Positions 28,971 to 38,931 of a stretch of DNA of 58,857 bases are shown in pieces (the stretch's first letter is position 1; every line of letters starts with the position of its first letter). Position numbers and translations under genes: made by a program. Below the pieces are notes generated by a model. That model made no database searches. It saw only the letters and a list, made by a program, of their open reading frames with translations, and was not told the DNA's origin. Origin of the DNA: Chlorobiota bacterium (lineage in GTDB: Bacteria > Bacteroidota > Ignavibacteria > Kapaibacteriales > HRBIN21); the NCBI GenBank assembly GCA_039630485.1, contig JBCNUX010000008.1, positions 1-58,857 on the forward strand. Direction: 5' to 3'.

Positions 28971-30094
28971 GCTGGGTAGAGTGGCTCTGCCTCCTTGGTG
29001 TCGCAAGCTACGTCGTGCGGGGGAGTTTCTTCGTGCTTGGGGCTTGGCGGGAGTGGCGACGGGACCGTGCTGCGAAGGGAGTAGCCCCCGAGGGGGAGTT
29101 ACCGAGTGTTTCGGTCATCATCCCCGCCCGTAATGAGGAGCAGACCATAGCCCGCTGCGTTGAGTCGGTCATGGCCTCCGACTATCCCCGGTTTGAGGTC
29201 ATCGTTGTGGATGACCGTTCAACCGACCGAACCGCGGAGGTACTGCAGGAGCTGCAGCAGCGGTACGGAGAACGTCTCCGTGTCATCCATCGAAGGGAGG
29301 AACCGCGGGAACGGAACCTCCAAGGTAAGGCCGGGGCCCTGCATTGCGGAATGGAACAGGCCCGTGGCGAGGTTGCTGCCTTCACCGATGCTGATTGTAT
29401 CGTGCCACCGACATGGCTGCGGGCCGTTGTTGCCCCATTCCGTCATCCAGAGGTTGGCTTTGTAGCTGGGCTGACGGTAGTCAGCGGCCGACGGCTCTTT
29501 GACCGTATCCAAGCGGCGGAGTGGCTCCTCCTTGGAGCGGCTGGAGGCGCGGGAGTAGGATGGAGACAAGCGCTGGGCTGCTACGGCAACAACATGGCAG
29601 TACGGTGCCGGGCGTACTGGGACGTTGGTGGATATGCCCGTATTCCGTTCTCCGTCACGGAGGACCTTTCGCTGCAGCAGGCAATCCACCGCCGTGGGTG
29701 GCGGATGCGCTTCCTCTTTGGTCCAGAGGGGATGGTTAGCACGCTACCGGTTGCCACCGTCTGGGACCGGCTGCGTCAGCTCCAGCGGTGGGGGCGAGGG
29801 GGACTGCTATTAGGGGGGTGGGCAGTGGGGTTCGGGATGACAACGGTGCTGTTCTGGGGGGCGGTGTTTGCCGCCTTGCTGGCGGGGGAGTGGCTGTGGA
29901 CTCTTGGGCTAGTAGGGTGTCGTCTGGTAGCTGATGGTGCGTTAGGAGTCTTGGCTACATGGACTCTGCGACGGTGGCAGCTCCTCTGGGCTCTCCCGCT
30001 GGGAATTCTGACATTAGCCGTCGTCGAGCTCGTGCTGCCCTTCCTCGTCTTCTTACAGCCGCGTGTACGCTGGAAGGGGCGCACCCTATCGTAG
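28967..30094 (+). CDS. Membrane-bound family 2 glycosyltransferase
   Basis: VSVIIPARNEE, VDDRSTDRT, TDAD, TEDL, QLQRW; N- and C-terminal TM helices. Confidence 0.88.
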   Translation: MSWVEWLCLLGVASYVVRGSFFVLGAWREWRRDRAAKGVAPEGELPSVSVIIPARNEEQTIARCVESVMASDYPRFEVIVVDDRSTDRTAEVLQELQQRYGERLRVIHRREEPRERNLQGKAGALHCGMEQARGEVAAFTDADCIVPPTWLRAVVAPFRHPEVGFVAGLTVVSGRRLFDRIQAAEWLLLGAAGGAGVGWRQALGCYGNNMAVRCRAYWDVGGYARIPFSVTEDLSLQQAIHRRGWRMRFLFGPEGMVSTLPVATVWDRLRQLQRWGRGGLLLGGWAVGFGMTTVLFWGAVFAALLAGEWLWTLGLVGCRLVADGALGVLATWTLRRWQLLWALPLGILTLAVVELVLPFLVFLQPRVRWKGRTLS

Positions 30095-30126
30095 GTACCG
30101 CCAGCAACGGCCCTTTGGGCTTTTCG

Positions 30127-30134
30127 TAATTTTG
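30127..30134 (+). promoter_or_regulatory. TAnnTTTG element (TAATTTTG) upstream of the E1 gene
   Basis: Exact match 25 nt before ATG 30160. Confidence 0.55.
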
Positions 30135-30159
30135 GCGCTGCATGCTCCAAGGAGCCCCT

Positions 30160-32607
30160 ATGGCAACGGTGCGACATCGCAAAGTTCGGCCGGTTTCGGC
30201 TGATGGACTGTGGCGGTTGCCGGAGTGGGTGACACCGCAAGAGGTGCTCCGAGACTACCGCCTCTGCTGGGAGAGCCGCCATGCCAGTTTGCTGGGGAGG
30301 CGGGAGGTCCTGACGGGGAAAGCCAAGTTCGGCATCTTCGGCGATGGCAAAGAGGTCGCCCAGGTGGCGATGGCCAAGGCCTTTCGGCCTGGAGACTGGC
30401 GCTCAGGATACTACCGTGACCAGACGCTCCTGATGGCTCTGGGGCTGTTGACGCTGGAGCAGTTCTTCGCCCAGCTCTACGCCCATACTGATGAGGAGGC
30501 TGAGCCCCATTCGGCAGGACGGCAGATGAACTGCCACTTCGGCGGGCGTCTCATTGACCGCAATGGTAACTGGCTGCCCCAGACTGTCCGCGTGAACATC
30601 GCCTCCGACATATCGCCGACGGGATCGCAGATGCCCCGCCTCGTGGGGCTGGCGTATGCATCGCGCCTCTATCGGGAGCTGCCGGAGTTGCGGCAGTTCC
30701 GCGAGTTATCGGACAATGGGAATGAGATTGCCTGGGGCACGATCGGCAACGCTACGTGTGCCGAAGGGATGTTCTGGGAGGCAGTCAATGCAATCGGCGT
30801 GCTCAAAGCCCCGGCAATCATCTCTATCTGGGACGACGGCTACGGTATCTCCGTTCCGAACGAGTACCAAGTGACGAAGTCCAACATTTCGGCTCTGCTC
30901 GAGGGCTTCCGGCGGACTCCAGGGCAGCGTGATGGGTTTGAGATTTACACGGTTCGTGGCTGGGACTATCCAGCACTAGTTGCGGTCTACCAACACGCTG
31001 CCGAGCTTGCACGGCGCGAGCACATTCCTGCCATCATCCACGTCACAGAGCTGACGCAACCGCAGGGGCATTCCACTAGCGGTAGCCACGAGCGCTACAA
31101 GCCGACAGAGCGGTTGCAGTGGGAGCATGAGCATGATTGCCTGGTGCGGATGCGACAGTGGATCCTCCAGGAAGGGATAGCGACGGCAGAGGAGCTCGAT
31201 GAAATTGAGCGGCAGGCTGCTGAGACTGTTCGGCAAGCGAAGGAGCGAGCTTGGCGAGCCTACCAGGAGCCCATCTTGCGGGAGCGAGCGGAGCTTGCAG
31301 CCCTTCTGCAGGAGTTAGAGAGCGTCAGCTCACGCTCTGAGGAGATAGCCCAGGTGCGGACGGAGCTGCTTGCTGTTCGAGAGCCCGTCCGCAAGGACTT
31401 GATGGTGGCGGTCAACCGTGCCCTTATCGCTGTGGCTTTTGAGCCGAGCCCGCAGCGGGACCGGATTGTGCGCTGGCGCTGGGCACTGGAGGAGCAGCAA
31501 GCGGAGCGCTACAGCTCGCACCTCTACAGTCAAACGCCGCTTTCGGCGTTGCGCGTGCCAGAGATTCCACCAGTGTACACGGAGGACTCACCGCTAGTGA
31601 ACGGGTTTGAAGTCATCAACGCCTGCTTCAACGAGGCGCTGCGACGTGATCCCCGCGTCATCATCTTTGGTGAGGACGTCGGGCGGTTAGGAGATGTCAA
31701 CCAAGGGTGTGCAGGACTGCAGGCACGTTATGGGGAGCTTCGGGTCAGTGATACGGGCATCCGGGAGTGCACAATCGTAGGGCAGGCCATCGGGATGGCG
31801 CTGCGCGGCCTGCGCCCGATAGCGGAGATCCAATACCTGGACTACCTGCTCTACGCCCTGCAGATCATGTCCGATGACATCGCCACGATGCAGTGGCGGA
31901 CGAAAGGGATGCAGCGGGCACCCGTCATCATCCGTACCCGCGGGCATCGGCTGGAGGGAATCTGGCACTCCGGTTCCCCGATGGCAGGGATTATCAACCT
32001 CGTGCGGGGGATGCTCGTGCTGGTTCCGCGCGACATGACGAGGGCAGCGGGGTTCTACAACACGGTCCTCCGCTCCGACGATCCGGCACTAATTGTGGAA
32101 GTCCTCAACGGCTATCGGCTCAAAGAACGGTTGCCAGCCAACATCGGCGAGTTCACCGTACCAGTCGGGGTCCCAGAGGTCCTGCGGGAGGGCACAGATA
32201 TCACCATCGTGACCTATGGAGCCTGCTGTCGGATCGTGCTGGAAGCCGCCCAACTGCTGGAACGAGTCGGGATTAGCGCGGAGGTGATCGACGTCCAGTC
32301 ACTGGTGCCGTTCGACATCCACCATCGGATTGTGGAGTCGCTGAAGAAGACCAATCGCATTCTGTTCGTGGATGAGGATGTTCCTGGGGGGACTACGGCG
32401 TACATGATGCAGCAGGTGTTGGAGGTTCAGGACGGTTACCGCTGGCTGGATTCGCCGTCAAAGACTCTACCAGCCAAGGAGCATCGGCCTGCGTATGGGA
32501 CGGATGGTGACTACTGGTCCAAGCCGAACGCAGAGCAGGTCTTCGAGGCAGCGTACATGGTCCTACACGAGGCTGATCCACGCCGCTACCCACTCTTCTT
32601 CCGGTGA
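30160..32607 (+). CDS. 2-oxoacid (probably branched-chain) dehydrogenase E1, fused alpha/beta
   Basis: [45 protein letters not shown]; AGGAG before ATG 30160. Confidence 0.9.
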   Translation: MATVRHRKVRPVSADGLWRLPEWVTPQEVLRDYRLCWESRHASLLGRREVLTGKAKFGIFGDGKEVAQVAMAKAFRPGDWRSGYYRDQTLLMALGLLTLEQFFAQLYAHTDEEAEPHSAGRQMNCHFGGRLIDRNGNWLPQTVRVNIASDISPTGSQMPRLVGLAYASRLYRELPELRQFRELSDNGNEIAWGTIGNATCAEGMFWEAVNAIGVLKAPAIISIWDDGYGISVPNEYQVTKSNISALLEGFRRTPGQRDGFEIYTVRGWDYPALVAVYQHAAELARREHIPAIIHVTELTQPQGHSTSGSHERYKPTERLQWEHEHDCLVRMRQWILQEGIATAEELDEIERQAAETVRQAKERAWRAYQEPILRERAELAALLQELESVSSRSEEIAQVRTELLAVREPVRKDLMVAVNRALIAVAFEPSPQRDRIVRWRWALEEQQAERYSSHLYSQTPLSALRVPEIPPVYTEDSPLVNGFEVINACFNEALRRDPRVIIFGEDVGRLGDVNQGCAGLQARYGELRVSDTGIRECTIVGQAIGMALRGLRPIAEIQYLDYLLYALQIMSDDIATMQWRTKGMQRAPVIIRTRGHRLEGIWHSGSPMAGIINLVRGMLVLVPRDMTRAAGFYNTVLRSDDPALIVEVLNGYRLKERLPANIGEFTVPVGVPEVLREGTDITIVTYGACCRIVLEAAQLLERVGISAEVIDVQSLVPFDIHHRIVESLKKTNRILFVDEDVPGGTTAYMMQQVLEVQDGYRWLDSPSKTLPAKEHRPAYGTDGDYWSKPNAEQVFEAAYMVLHEADPRRYPLFFR

Positions 32608-32638
32608 GCTTGTTGAGTATACCAGGGAAGTGTGAGCG

Positions 32639-34018
32639 ATGCGAGTGGAGTTGGTGGAGCGGTACTATGCCTGCGAGCTGACACCGGTAGAGCGCTTCCA
32701 GCATATGGTGTACTCGCTGCTGGAGCGCCCTTATTTGGTAGGTATCGTGCTTGTGCTGTGCACGATCGTCGCGCTCGCGTGGGCCAATAGCCCTTGGGGA
32801 GACACATACACGGCGCTCTTTTACACCCACTTTGTCGTGGGCTATGGCGACGTAGCACTCTCAAAGCCGCTGGTCTTCTGGATCAACGACGGCCTGATGG
32901 CACTCTTCTTCTTCCTCGTGGGGCTCGAGGTGAAGCGGGAGATTCTGGAAGGGGAGCTCTCGACTTGGCAGAAGGCTGCGCTGCCAGTTGTTGCTGCGAT
33001 CGGCGGAATGCTCTTTCCGGCTTTGATCTTCACTGCATTCAACTATGGACAGCCGACTCTACGCGGGTGGGCAACCCCTGCCGCCACGGACATTGCCTTC
33101 GCCGTAGGAATCCTCTCCCTCTTGGGGCACCGAGTCCCGCATGGTTTGAGGGTCTTCCTGCTGAGCCTGGCGATTGCTGATGATATCGGGGCTGTGCTTA
33201 TCATCGCCGCCTTCTACACAGCGGACTTGTCGTTTGGTGCACTGGCAGTCGGTATAGTGGGCTTAGGAGTGCTGTGGGGCTTCAACCGGTTGCGGATTTA
33301 CAACCTTGCCGTGTATGCTGTCATTGGTGTGGTGGTCTGGATGGCCTTCCTGAAGTCGGGTGTCCACCCGACGGTTGCGGGAGTTTTGACAGCGCTGACA
33401 GTCCCCCTCCAGCCTCGGATGCCATGGGAGCGGTTCCAGAAGGGGACTTTGCAGTTGTTGGCTGAGTCCACTCGCCAGGATGGGATGCCGAAGACGTACG
33501 TCATGACGCTCGTTGAGCACGTAGAGCGGGCGAGCATTCAGGCAATGTCCCCTTTGCAGCGTGCTATCCATGGGCTGCATATGTGGGTAACGTACGCCAT
33601 CATGCCGCTGTTCGCGTTAGCGAATGCGGGAGTGAGGGTAGAGGTGGAGCAGATCGGCATGCTGCTGACTTCACCGGTGCTCTGGGGTGTTGCGTTGGGG
33701 CTCTTTTTGGGCAAGCAGCTTGGTGTCTTCGGATTTTCCTATCTCCTTGCTCGCTTGGGAGTAGCGAAGCTCCCCGCGGGAGTGCGATGGAGCCACGTGT
33801 ATGGGGTGTCGCTCTTGGCAGGGATTGGCTTTACGATGGCGCTGTTCATTGCTGGGCTGGCGTACGGGGATTCGCTGCTGACTCTGGATGAGGCAAAGCT
33901 TGGGGTATTACTCGGCTCGGCACTCTCAGCAATTGTCGGCACAGCCGTACTCTGGCGTGTACTCCCGCGTCCGGAGGCAATCCAGGTAGAGGGCGCGCCG
34001 GAGGATGCAGTCAGGTGA
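32639..34018 (+). CDS. nhaA: Na+/H+ antiporter NhaA
   Basis: WINDGLM, GLEVKRE, ATDIAFA, LAIADD, KSGVH, PLFALANAG, AGIGFTMALFI. Confidence 0.96.
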   Translation: MRVELVERYYACELTPVERFQHMVYSLLERPYLVGIVLVLCTIVALAWANSPWGDTYTALFYTHFVVGYGDVALSKPLVFWINDGLMALFFFLVGLEVKREILEGELSTWQKAALPVVAAIGGMLFPALIFTAFNYGQPTLRGWATPAATDIAFAVGILSLLGHRVPHGLRVFLLSLAIADDIGAVLIIAAFYTADLSFGALAVGIVGLGVLWGFNRLRIYNLAVYAVIGVVVWMAFLKSGVHPTVAGVLTALTVPLQPRMPWERFQKGTLQLLAESTRQDGMPKTYVMTLVEHVERASIQAMSPLQRAIHGLHMWVTYAIMPLFALANAGVRVEVEQIGMLLTSPVLWGVALGLFLGKQLGVFGFSYLLARLGVAKLPAGVRWSHVYGVSLLAGIGFTMALFIAGLAYGDSLLTLDEAKLGVLLGSALSAIVGTAVLWRVLPRPEAIQVEGAPEDAVR

Positions 34019-35531
34019 GGGACGCAAGTCCGAAAGTTCTCGGGAGCAGTCTGCCGAGCACCTCTACCGGATTGTACGGAATGCGGCGATTGCCGGCGGG
34101 GGCAACCTCTTTGGGCAGTTGTTGGGGCCTGTGATTGGGGTTATCACGACTCGGGCTTTGGGGGCGGAGCTCTATGGTCTGTACTCCCTACTGGTCCAGT
34201 GGGGTGCGTTGTTGGCAGAAGTCGTCAAAGCAGGGTGGGCAGCGGCAATCGTGCGGTTTGTCGGCGTCTATCGGGCGCAGGGGCGTCTTGAATGGCTCAA
34301 AGGGGCGGTGTGGGCAGGGATTGGCTGGGTGGGGCTCATCGGCACGGTCGTCGTTGGAGTCGTCATCGCTGCAGCAGAGCCGCTGAGCTCTCTTCTGATG
34401 CCACACCACCAGCAGGCAGCGGGAGCGTTGCGGTTCTATGCTCCTGCCATCTTGCTGACGGCACTCTACGGCGTCATGCTGGCCGTACTCACGGGCTTCC
34501 AGCAGCAGCGGCTGGTACAGCTCAGTTATGCTGTCGTCGGCAACATTACCAAGCTGCTCGCGCTGCTGGTGTTCCTCGGGATGGGATGGGGGGTATATGC
34601 TGCTTTGGGAGCAAGTCTGCTGCAGGATGCCGTGGTGTTGGGGGTAAGCCTACTGTTCGTGCTGCGGGTCTTTCCGGAGCTACGCTTGCCACAAGTTCAG
34701 CCGCGGGTAGCATGGAGGGAGTTGCTTGGGTATGCTGCGACTCTGTTGGCAACTAGCCTACTCTACCGGTACACGTTCCAACTGGACATCCTCGTGTTGG
34801 GGCTCTTTCGGACGGCAGCAGAGGTTGGGATGTATGCAGCCGCGGTCCGTCTCCAGCCGCTCTTGGCGCTGCCGACGTATGCGCTCGGGGAGACGTTCAA
34901 TCCTGTGGTTGCGGGGCTCTATGCCCGTGGGGAGTGGGAGCAATTGCGGATCGTCTACAGCACTGTGGTTCGGTGGTCTCTGTTGCTGACGTTTCCGTTA
35001 GTGCTGCCCTGCGCTATTGTGCCTTCGGCAGTGTTGAGCGTGTTTGGGGCGGAATTCCAGGCGGCAGCGCCAATACTCCCGTTGCTCAGTGTGGGGACCT
35101 GGATCGGGGCTGCCTGTGGAGTTGCCGGTTATGTGCTGAATATGGCGGGTAGACCGCAGGTGAACCTACTCAACGGCGTCATTACGGCTGTGCTCAATGT
35201 AGCGCTCTTCTGGTTCCTCATCCCTCCGTTGGGGATGTGGGGAGCGGCGCTGACGTACGCGCTTGTCAATGTGGGAATGGCATTCGTGCGGGTGGGGCAG
35301 GTGTGGTGGATTCTGCGGCTCCATCCTTGGGAGGGGCCGCTTGGGCGGGCGGCAGCCGTTGTGGCGCTGGCTTTGGGTGCTGCCCTCCTCGGGAGCTCTG
35401 TGGAGCCCTGGCTGGGGGCTCTCCTAGGACTAGCTATTTTTGGGGCCACAGTCCGAATTGGGCTGGGCCCCTATGACCGAGCGGTTTGGGAGCAGTGGCG
35501 GGCCCGACGTGAATCCAGAGCAAGTGACTGA
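34005..35531 (+). CDS. Oligosaccharide flippase (Wzx/MOP family)
   Basis: Polytopic; TRALGAELYG, DILVLG....EVGMYAAA, FGAEF, LIPPLGMWGAA. Confidence 0.85.
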   Translation: MQSGEGRKSESSREQSAEHLYRIVRNAAIAGGGNLFGQLLGPVIGVITTRALGAELYGLYSLLVQWGALLAEVVKAGWAAAIVRFVGVYRAQGRLEWLKGAVWAGIGWVGLIGTVVVGVVIAAAEPLSSLLMPHHQQAAGALRFYAPAILLTALYGVMLAVLTGFQQQRLVQLSYAVVGNITKLLALLVFLGMGWGVYAALGASLLQDAVVLGVSLLFVLRVFPELRLPQVQPRVAWRELLGYAATLLATSLLYRYTFQLDILVLGLFRTAAEVGMYAAAVRLQPLLALPTYALGETFNPVVAGLYARGEWEQLRIVYSTVVRWSLLLTFPLVLPCAIVPSAVLSVFGAEFQAAAPILPLLSVGTWIGAACGVAGYVLNMAGRPQVNLLNGVITAVLNVALFWFLIPPLGMWGAALTYALVNVGMAFVRVGQVWWILRLHPWEGPLGRAAAVVALALGAALLGSSVEPWLGALLGLAIFGATVRIGLGPYDRAVWEQWRARRESRASD

Positions 35532-36255
35532 GGTCCGCTTCCGTGACCAGATGGCGGCACAGTATGTTGCCCTCGTAGCCCAGCGGGGGGCGTACTGGTG
35601 GTATGCTGTGCAGCGCTTCCTGCTACACCGAATGGGTCTACAGCGAGGCGGATGGCTCTACGATGCCGGTTGCGGAGTTGGACTCTACTCGCTGGCGATT
35701 GCCCGGCAATTCCCGTTCGTTCGCATCTTCGCTGTGGACTTTTCTGCTGAAAGCCTCCGCCTCCTGGAGGCCGCGGCCCGTGAGAGTGGAGTGGAGGAGC
35801 GGATTGTGTGCATCCAAGCTGACATCACCCGTTGGGTGCCCCCGCACCCTGTCCGGTGGGTGCTCTGTACGGAGGTTCTGCAGCACATTCCGACGGAGTC
35901 GCTACGGCTGCAGGCTCTGCATCGCTTTGCAGAAGGCCTCCTGGCCGATGGGGAGCTGTGGCTCTTGGTGGCCCGTTACACGCTCCGAGACCGATGGCGG
36001 GGGATCCCAAAATGTAGTGACGAGCGAGACCGCGGCGGTTCCTTCCGAATGCGCTTCACGCCTGAGGAATTGCGCCGCCTCCTTCGGCAGGCAGGGTTCT
36101 CCTCGGTGCACCTCTTCGGGGCCCCTGTCCCGCCAAGTCGTGTTGGGAATCGTCTACCCCCGACCCTCTGGAAGATAGCTTGGGGAGTGCAAGCGGTGCC
36201 GTGGAGCTACGCGTGGGGGCGTGTCATGCTTGCTCAGGCTCGCCGCCAGCGATGA
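35509..36255 (+). CDS. Class I SAM-dependent methyltransferase
   Basis: YDAGCGVG, AVDFS, QADI, EVLQHIP, FTPEELRRLL..AGF. Start GTG 35509 is an estimate. Confidence 0.85.
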   Translation: MNPEQVTEVRFRDQMAAQYVALVAQRGAYWWYAVQRFLLHRMGLQRGGWLYDAGCGVGLYSLAIARQFPFVRIFAVDFSAESLRLLEAAARESGVEERIVCIQADITRWVPPHPVRWVLCTEVLQHIPTESLRLQALHRFAEGLLADGELWLLVARYTLRDRWRGIPKCSDERDRGGSFRMRFTPEELRRLLRQAGFSSVHLFGAPVPPSRVGNRLPPTLWKIAWGVQAVPWSYAWGRVMLAQARRQR

Positions 36256-37319
36256 GGCTGGAGGCCGTCGGGCTTGATGAGTTCAGGACTCTACGGGAGG
36301 AATGGAATGTCTTGGTGGCGCGCTCCGGGAGCGATACCCCATTCCTCCGCCACGAGTGGCTCTGCGCTGTTGCTGAGACGCTCGCTGCTCCAGGATGGAC
36401 GCCACTCATCCTACGCCTACGGGATGGAAGGCAGAGCTTAGGCTACGTTCCGCTGGTGCGGGTGCAGAGTCGAACCCGCTTTGCCATTCGGCTGTCCCGA
36501 TTCCACTTCTTAGGAGCGCAGTTGACAGAATTCGCCGACTTCGTGCTTCCGGCGGAGGAGCAAGAGATAGTAGAAGCGGCACTCTCTGCATTGCAGCAGT
36601 GGCACGGGTGGGTGGAGTTTGTCGGACACTACATCAGCGAGACCTCTCCGCGGGTGGGCACCTACGCTAAGCTGGCCCAGCGATGGCCTGGGGGAGAGCT
36701 GGCCCCGTACGAGCCTTGCTGGTACATCCGAATTGCTGGGCGTACGTGGGAGGAGTACCTCTGCGAGGAAGCGGGACGTGAGTTCGTCATCCGTGGGGTA
36801 CGGCGCCGAGCTGCAGTGTACGAGCAGCTCGACTGGGGCGTTGAGGAGCTGAGGGTCCCGTCGGCGGAGATTATTGGCGACGTCGTCCGACTCCATGCTG
36901 CTTCACAACGTCGGAAGGGCCGGACGTCCTTGTTTGCATCTAACCGGCGCTATCTGGACTTCTTGGAGCGAATTCTCGCTGAGAGTGCTCGGTTGGGATG
37001 GCTTCGTCTGTTCGCGCTCCGGATTGAGCAGCAAACGGCGGCCTTCATCCTAGGCTTCCTGTACGGCGGAGTCTTCTACTGGTGGCTGCAGGGGTTTGAT
37101 CCCAAGTACGAGCGGCTGGCTCCGACGAAGGTACTCTTGTGGCACGTCCTACAGCGTGCCTTCAGCGAGCAGTGGCAGGAGTTCAACTTCATGGGGGGTG
37201 ACACGGAGTACAAGCGGCACTGGGCAAAACGATGGCGTCAGTTCTACCGTCTTCGGCTACCGAGGTGGCGCGGTCTGGCTCGATGGCTCAACCTTTGGCG
37301 GTTCCGACATCGGTGGTAG
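36252..37319 (+). CDS. GNAT acetyltransferase, CelD/BcsL-like
   Basis: EEWN.L, TPFLRHEW, GFDPKYERLAP, FNFMGGDTEYKRHW. Confidence 0.82.
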   Translation: MRLEAVGLDEFRTLREEWNVLVARSGSDTPFLRHEWLCAVAETLAAPGWTPLILRLRDGRQSLGYVPLVRVQSRTRFAIRLSRFHFLGAQLTEFADFVLPAEEQEIVEAALSALQQWHGWVEFVGHYISETSPRVGTYAKLAQRWPGGELAPYEPCWYIRIAGRTWEEYLCEEAGREFVIRGVRRRAAVYEQLDWGVEELRVPSAEIIGDVVRLHAASQRRKGRTSLFASNRRYLDFLERILAESARLGWLRLFALRIEQQTAAFILGFLYGGVFYWWLQGFDPKYERLAPTKVLLWHVLQRAFSEQWQEFNFMGGDTEYKRHWAKRWRQFYRLRLPRWRGLARWLNLWRFRHRW

Positions 37320-37921
37320 GATGGCTTCGAAGTGTGAGGCGAAGGTTGCGTGCTTATCGCCGTCAGCTGTTCTCGCGCGAAAGCTTCCTGTGGTTGCAGC
37401 TATCACTTGCTGAGGTCCCTCGGCGGGCGGGGATGCCTGAGGGGATAAGGGTCTACACGTTCGACGAGCGCTGGGCCTTCCTAGATGCCCTGCCGCAGGA
37501 GTTGGCCGAGCGATTAGGGAGGCTCTGGGTTGCTCTACCGCGATCGCTCGTCTTTGCTCACGCAGCCGAAGGGACGCCAGTGGCTTACTACTGCTTCGCG
37601 AGTAATGGGCTCCTGTGGATAGAGGAGCTGGGAGTGCAGCGGTACTTTGCTCCGGACGAGGCGTACGTGCACACGTGCTACACCCTGCCACCGTACCGGG
37701 GCAGGGGGCTGCATAGCCGGACGATTGCGGCTGCTTGTGGATGGCTAGCCTGCCACGGCTTCCGGCAAGCGTATGCATTGGTGGGAGAGCGGAATCTCCC
37801 GTCGTTGCGCGGTTTCCAGCGGGCAGGGTTTGCTAGTGTCAGCCGCGTTGTCACCTGGCGGCTGGGGGGATATTTGGTGCGCGTCCGTTCTGGTAGAGGG
37901 GTCTGGTGGGATGGCAGCTAA
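37313..37921 (+). CDS. GNAT family N-acetyltransferase
   Basis: CYTLPPYRGRGLH acetyl-CoA motif A and NLPSLRGFQRAGF motif B. Start GTG 37313 is an estimate. Confidence 0.8.
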   Translation: MVGWLRSVRRRLRAYRRQLFSRESFLWLQLSLAEVPRRAGMPEGIRVYTFDERWAFLDALPQELAERLGRLWVALPRSLVFAHAAEGTPVAYYCFASNGLLWIEELGVQRYFAPDEAYVHTCYTLPPYRGRGLHSRTIAAACGWLACHGFRQAYALVGERNLPSLRGFQRAGFASVSRVVTWRLGGYLVRVRSGRGVWWDGS

Positions 37922-38927
37922 GCGGATGCAGGAAGCACGGCGCTTTCTGGCAATCACTGTGGATACGGAGTGTGACAAAGGGCCAGGGTGGCGAACACAG
38001 CGCCCGATCCGGTGCCGCAATGTGGTGGAGGATGTACCACGGTATTTCCATGAGCCCTTCTGGCACTTAGGTGTGCGGCCAACGTACCTGCTGAGCCCGG
38101 AGGTCATCCAGGATGCGGAAGCATCGGAGGTGCTGCGTGGACTTCCTGGGGCACCGGAGTTGGGAACCCATCTCCACGGAGAGTACGTGGAGCCTGAGCC
38201 GCAGTGGGATGCCGAGGGCACGTACACGATGCAGTGTACCTATCCGGCTGAGCTGGAGTGGGCAAAGCTCCGGCGCCTGACGGAGCTCTTCCGGGAGCGT
38301 TTTGGGATAGCTCCTCGAAGCTTCCGTGCAGGGCGCTACGGCATCGCTGCTCGTACCATCCCGATGCTAGCGGCGCTGGGCTACACCGTTGACAGCAGCG
38401 TCACCCCGTACAAGTGGTGGGCTCCAGAGGTCCGCTTCATGACAGCTCCGCCGTTTCCGTACTACCCTTCGCCACACGACATCTCAGAGCCAGGCCCGGA
38501 GGGGCAAGTCTTGGAATTGCCAGTGAGCGTCTTACCGGGGATTTGGGACAAGATACCGGCAGCATGGCGGAAGCGCTTTAATCCGTACCATCCGGTCGTA
38601 GCATGGCTATGGCGGCGGTGGAATCGCTACGTCTGGGATATGCGGCCCCGGCTCTTCTACGCTGCCTTCACACCGTTGCGGGACCTCTTGAGGACGGTGC
38701 TGTGGTATGCCCAACTGGCTGAGCGCAGCGGACATGACGTCGTGCTTGTGATGACGCTCCATAGCTGCGAACTCCGACCGGGTGCAAACCCGTACTTCGC
38801 CACGCGGCAGCAGTGCCAGCGCTTCGTCGATACGATGTTGCGGGTCACCGACTGCGCTCTTCGGTGTGGCTTCGTCCCTGCGACGTTAGCAGAGATTGCC
38901 AGCCAGGTGCGGGCCTGGACAGGATAG
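37911..38927 (+). CDS. Polysaccharide deacetylase family protein (WalW-like)
   Basis: ITVDTE, PTYLL, ELGTHLH, SFRAGRYG, VDSSVTP, LELPVS, MTLHS.EL.PG. Confidence 0.82.
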   Translation: MAAKRMQEARRFLAITVDTECDKGPGWRTQRPIRCRNVVEDVPRYFHEPFWHLGVRPTYLLSPEVIQDAEASEVLRGLPGAPELGTHLHGEYVEPEPQWDAEGTYTMQCTYPAELEWAKLRRLTELFRERFGIAPRSFRAGRYGIAARTIPMLAALGYTVDSSVTPYKWWAPEVRFMTAPPFPYYPSPHDISEPGPEGQVLELPVSVLPGIWDKIPAAWRKRFNPYHPVVAWLWRRWNRYVWDMRPRLFYAAFTPLRDLLRTVLWYAQLAERSGHDVVLVMTLHSCELRPGANPYFATRQQCQRFVDTMLRVTDCALRCGFVPATLAEIASQVRAWTG

Positions 38928-38931
38928 CGGG

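Noticed and set aside
38880-38931. Cobalamin riboswitch before the BtuB-like receptor
   Set aside because: Only a 4-nt intergenic gap and no B12-box seen, so the substrate is left unassigned.
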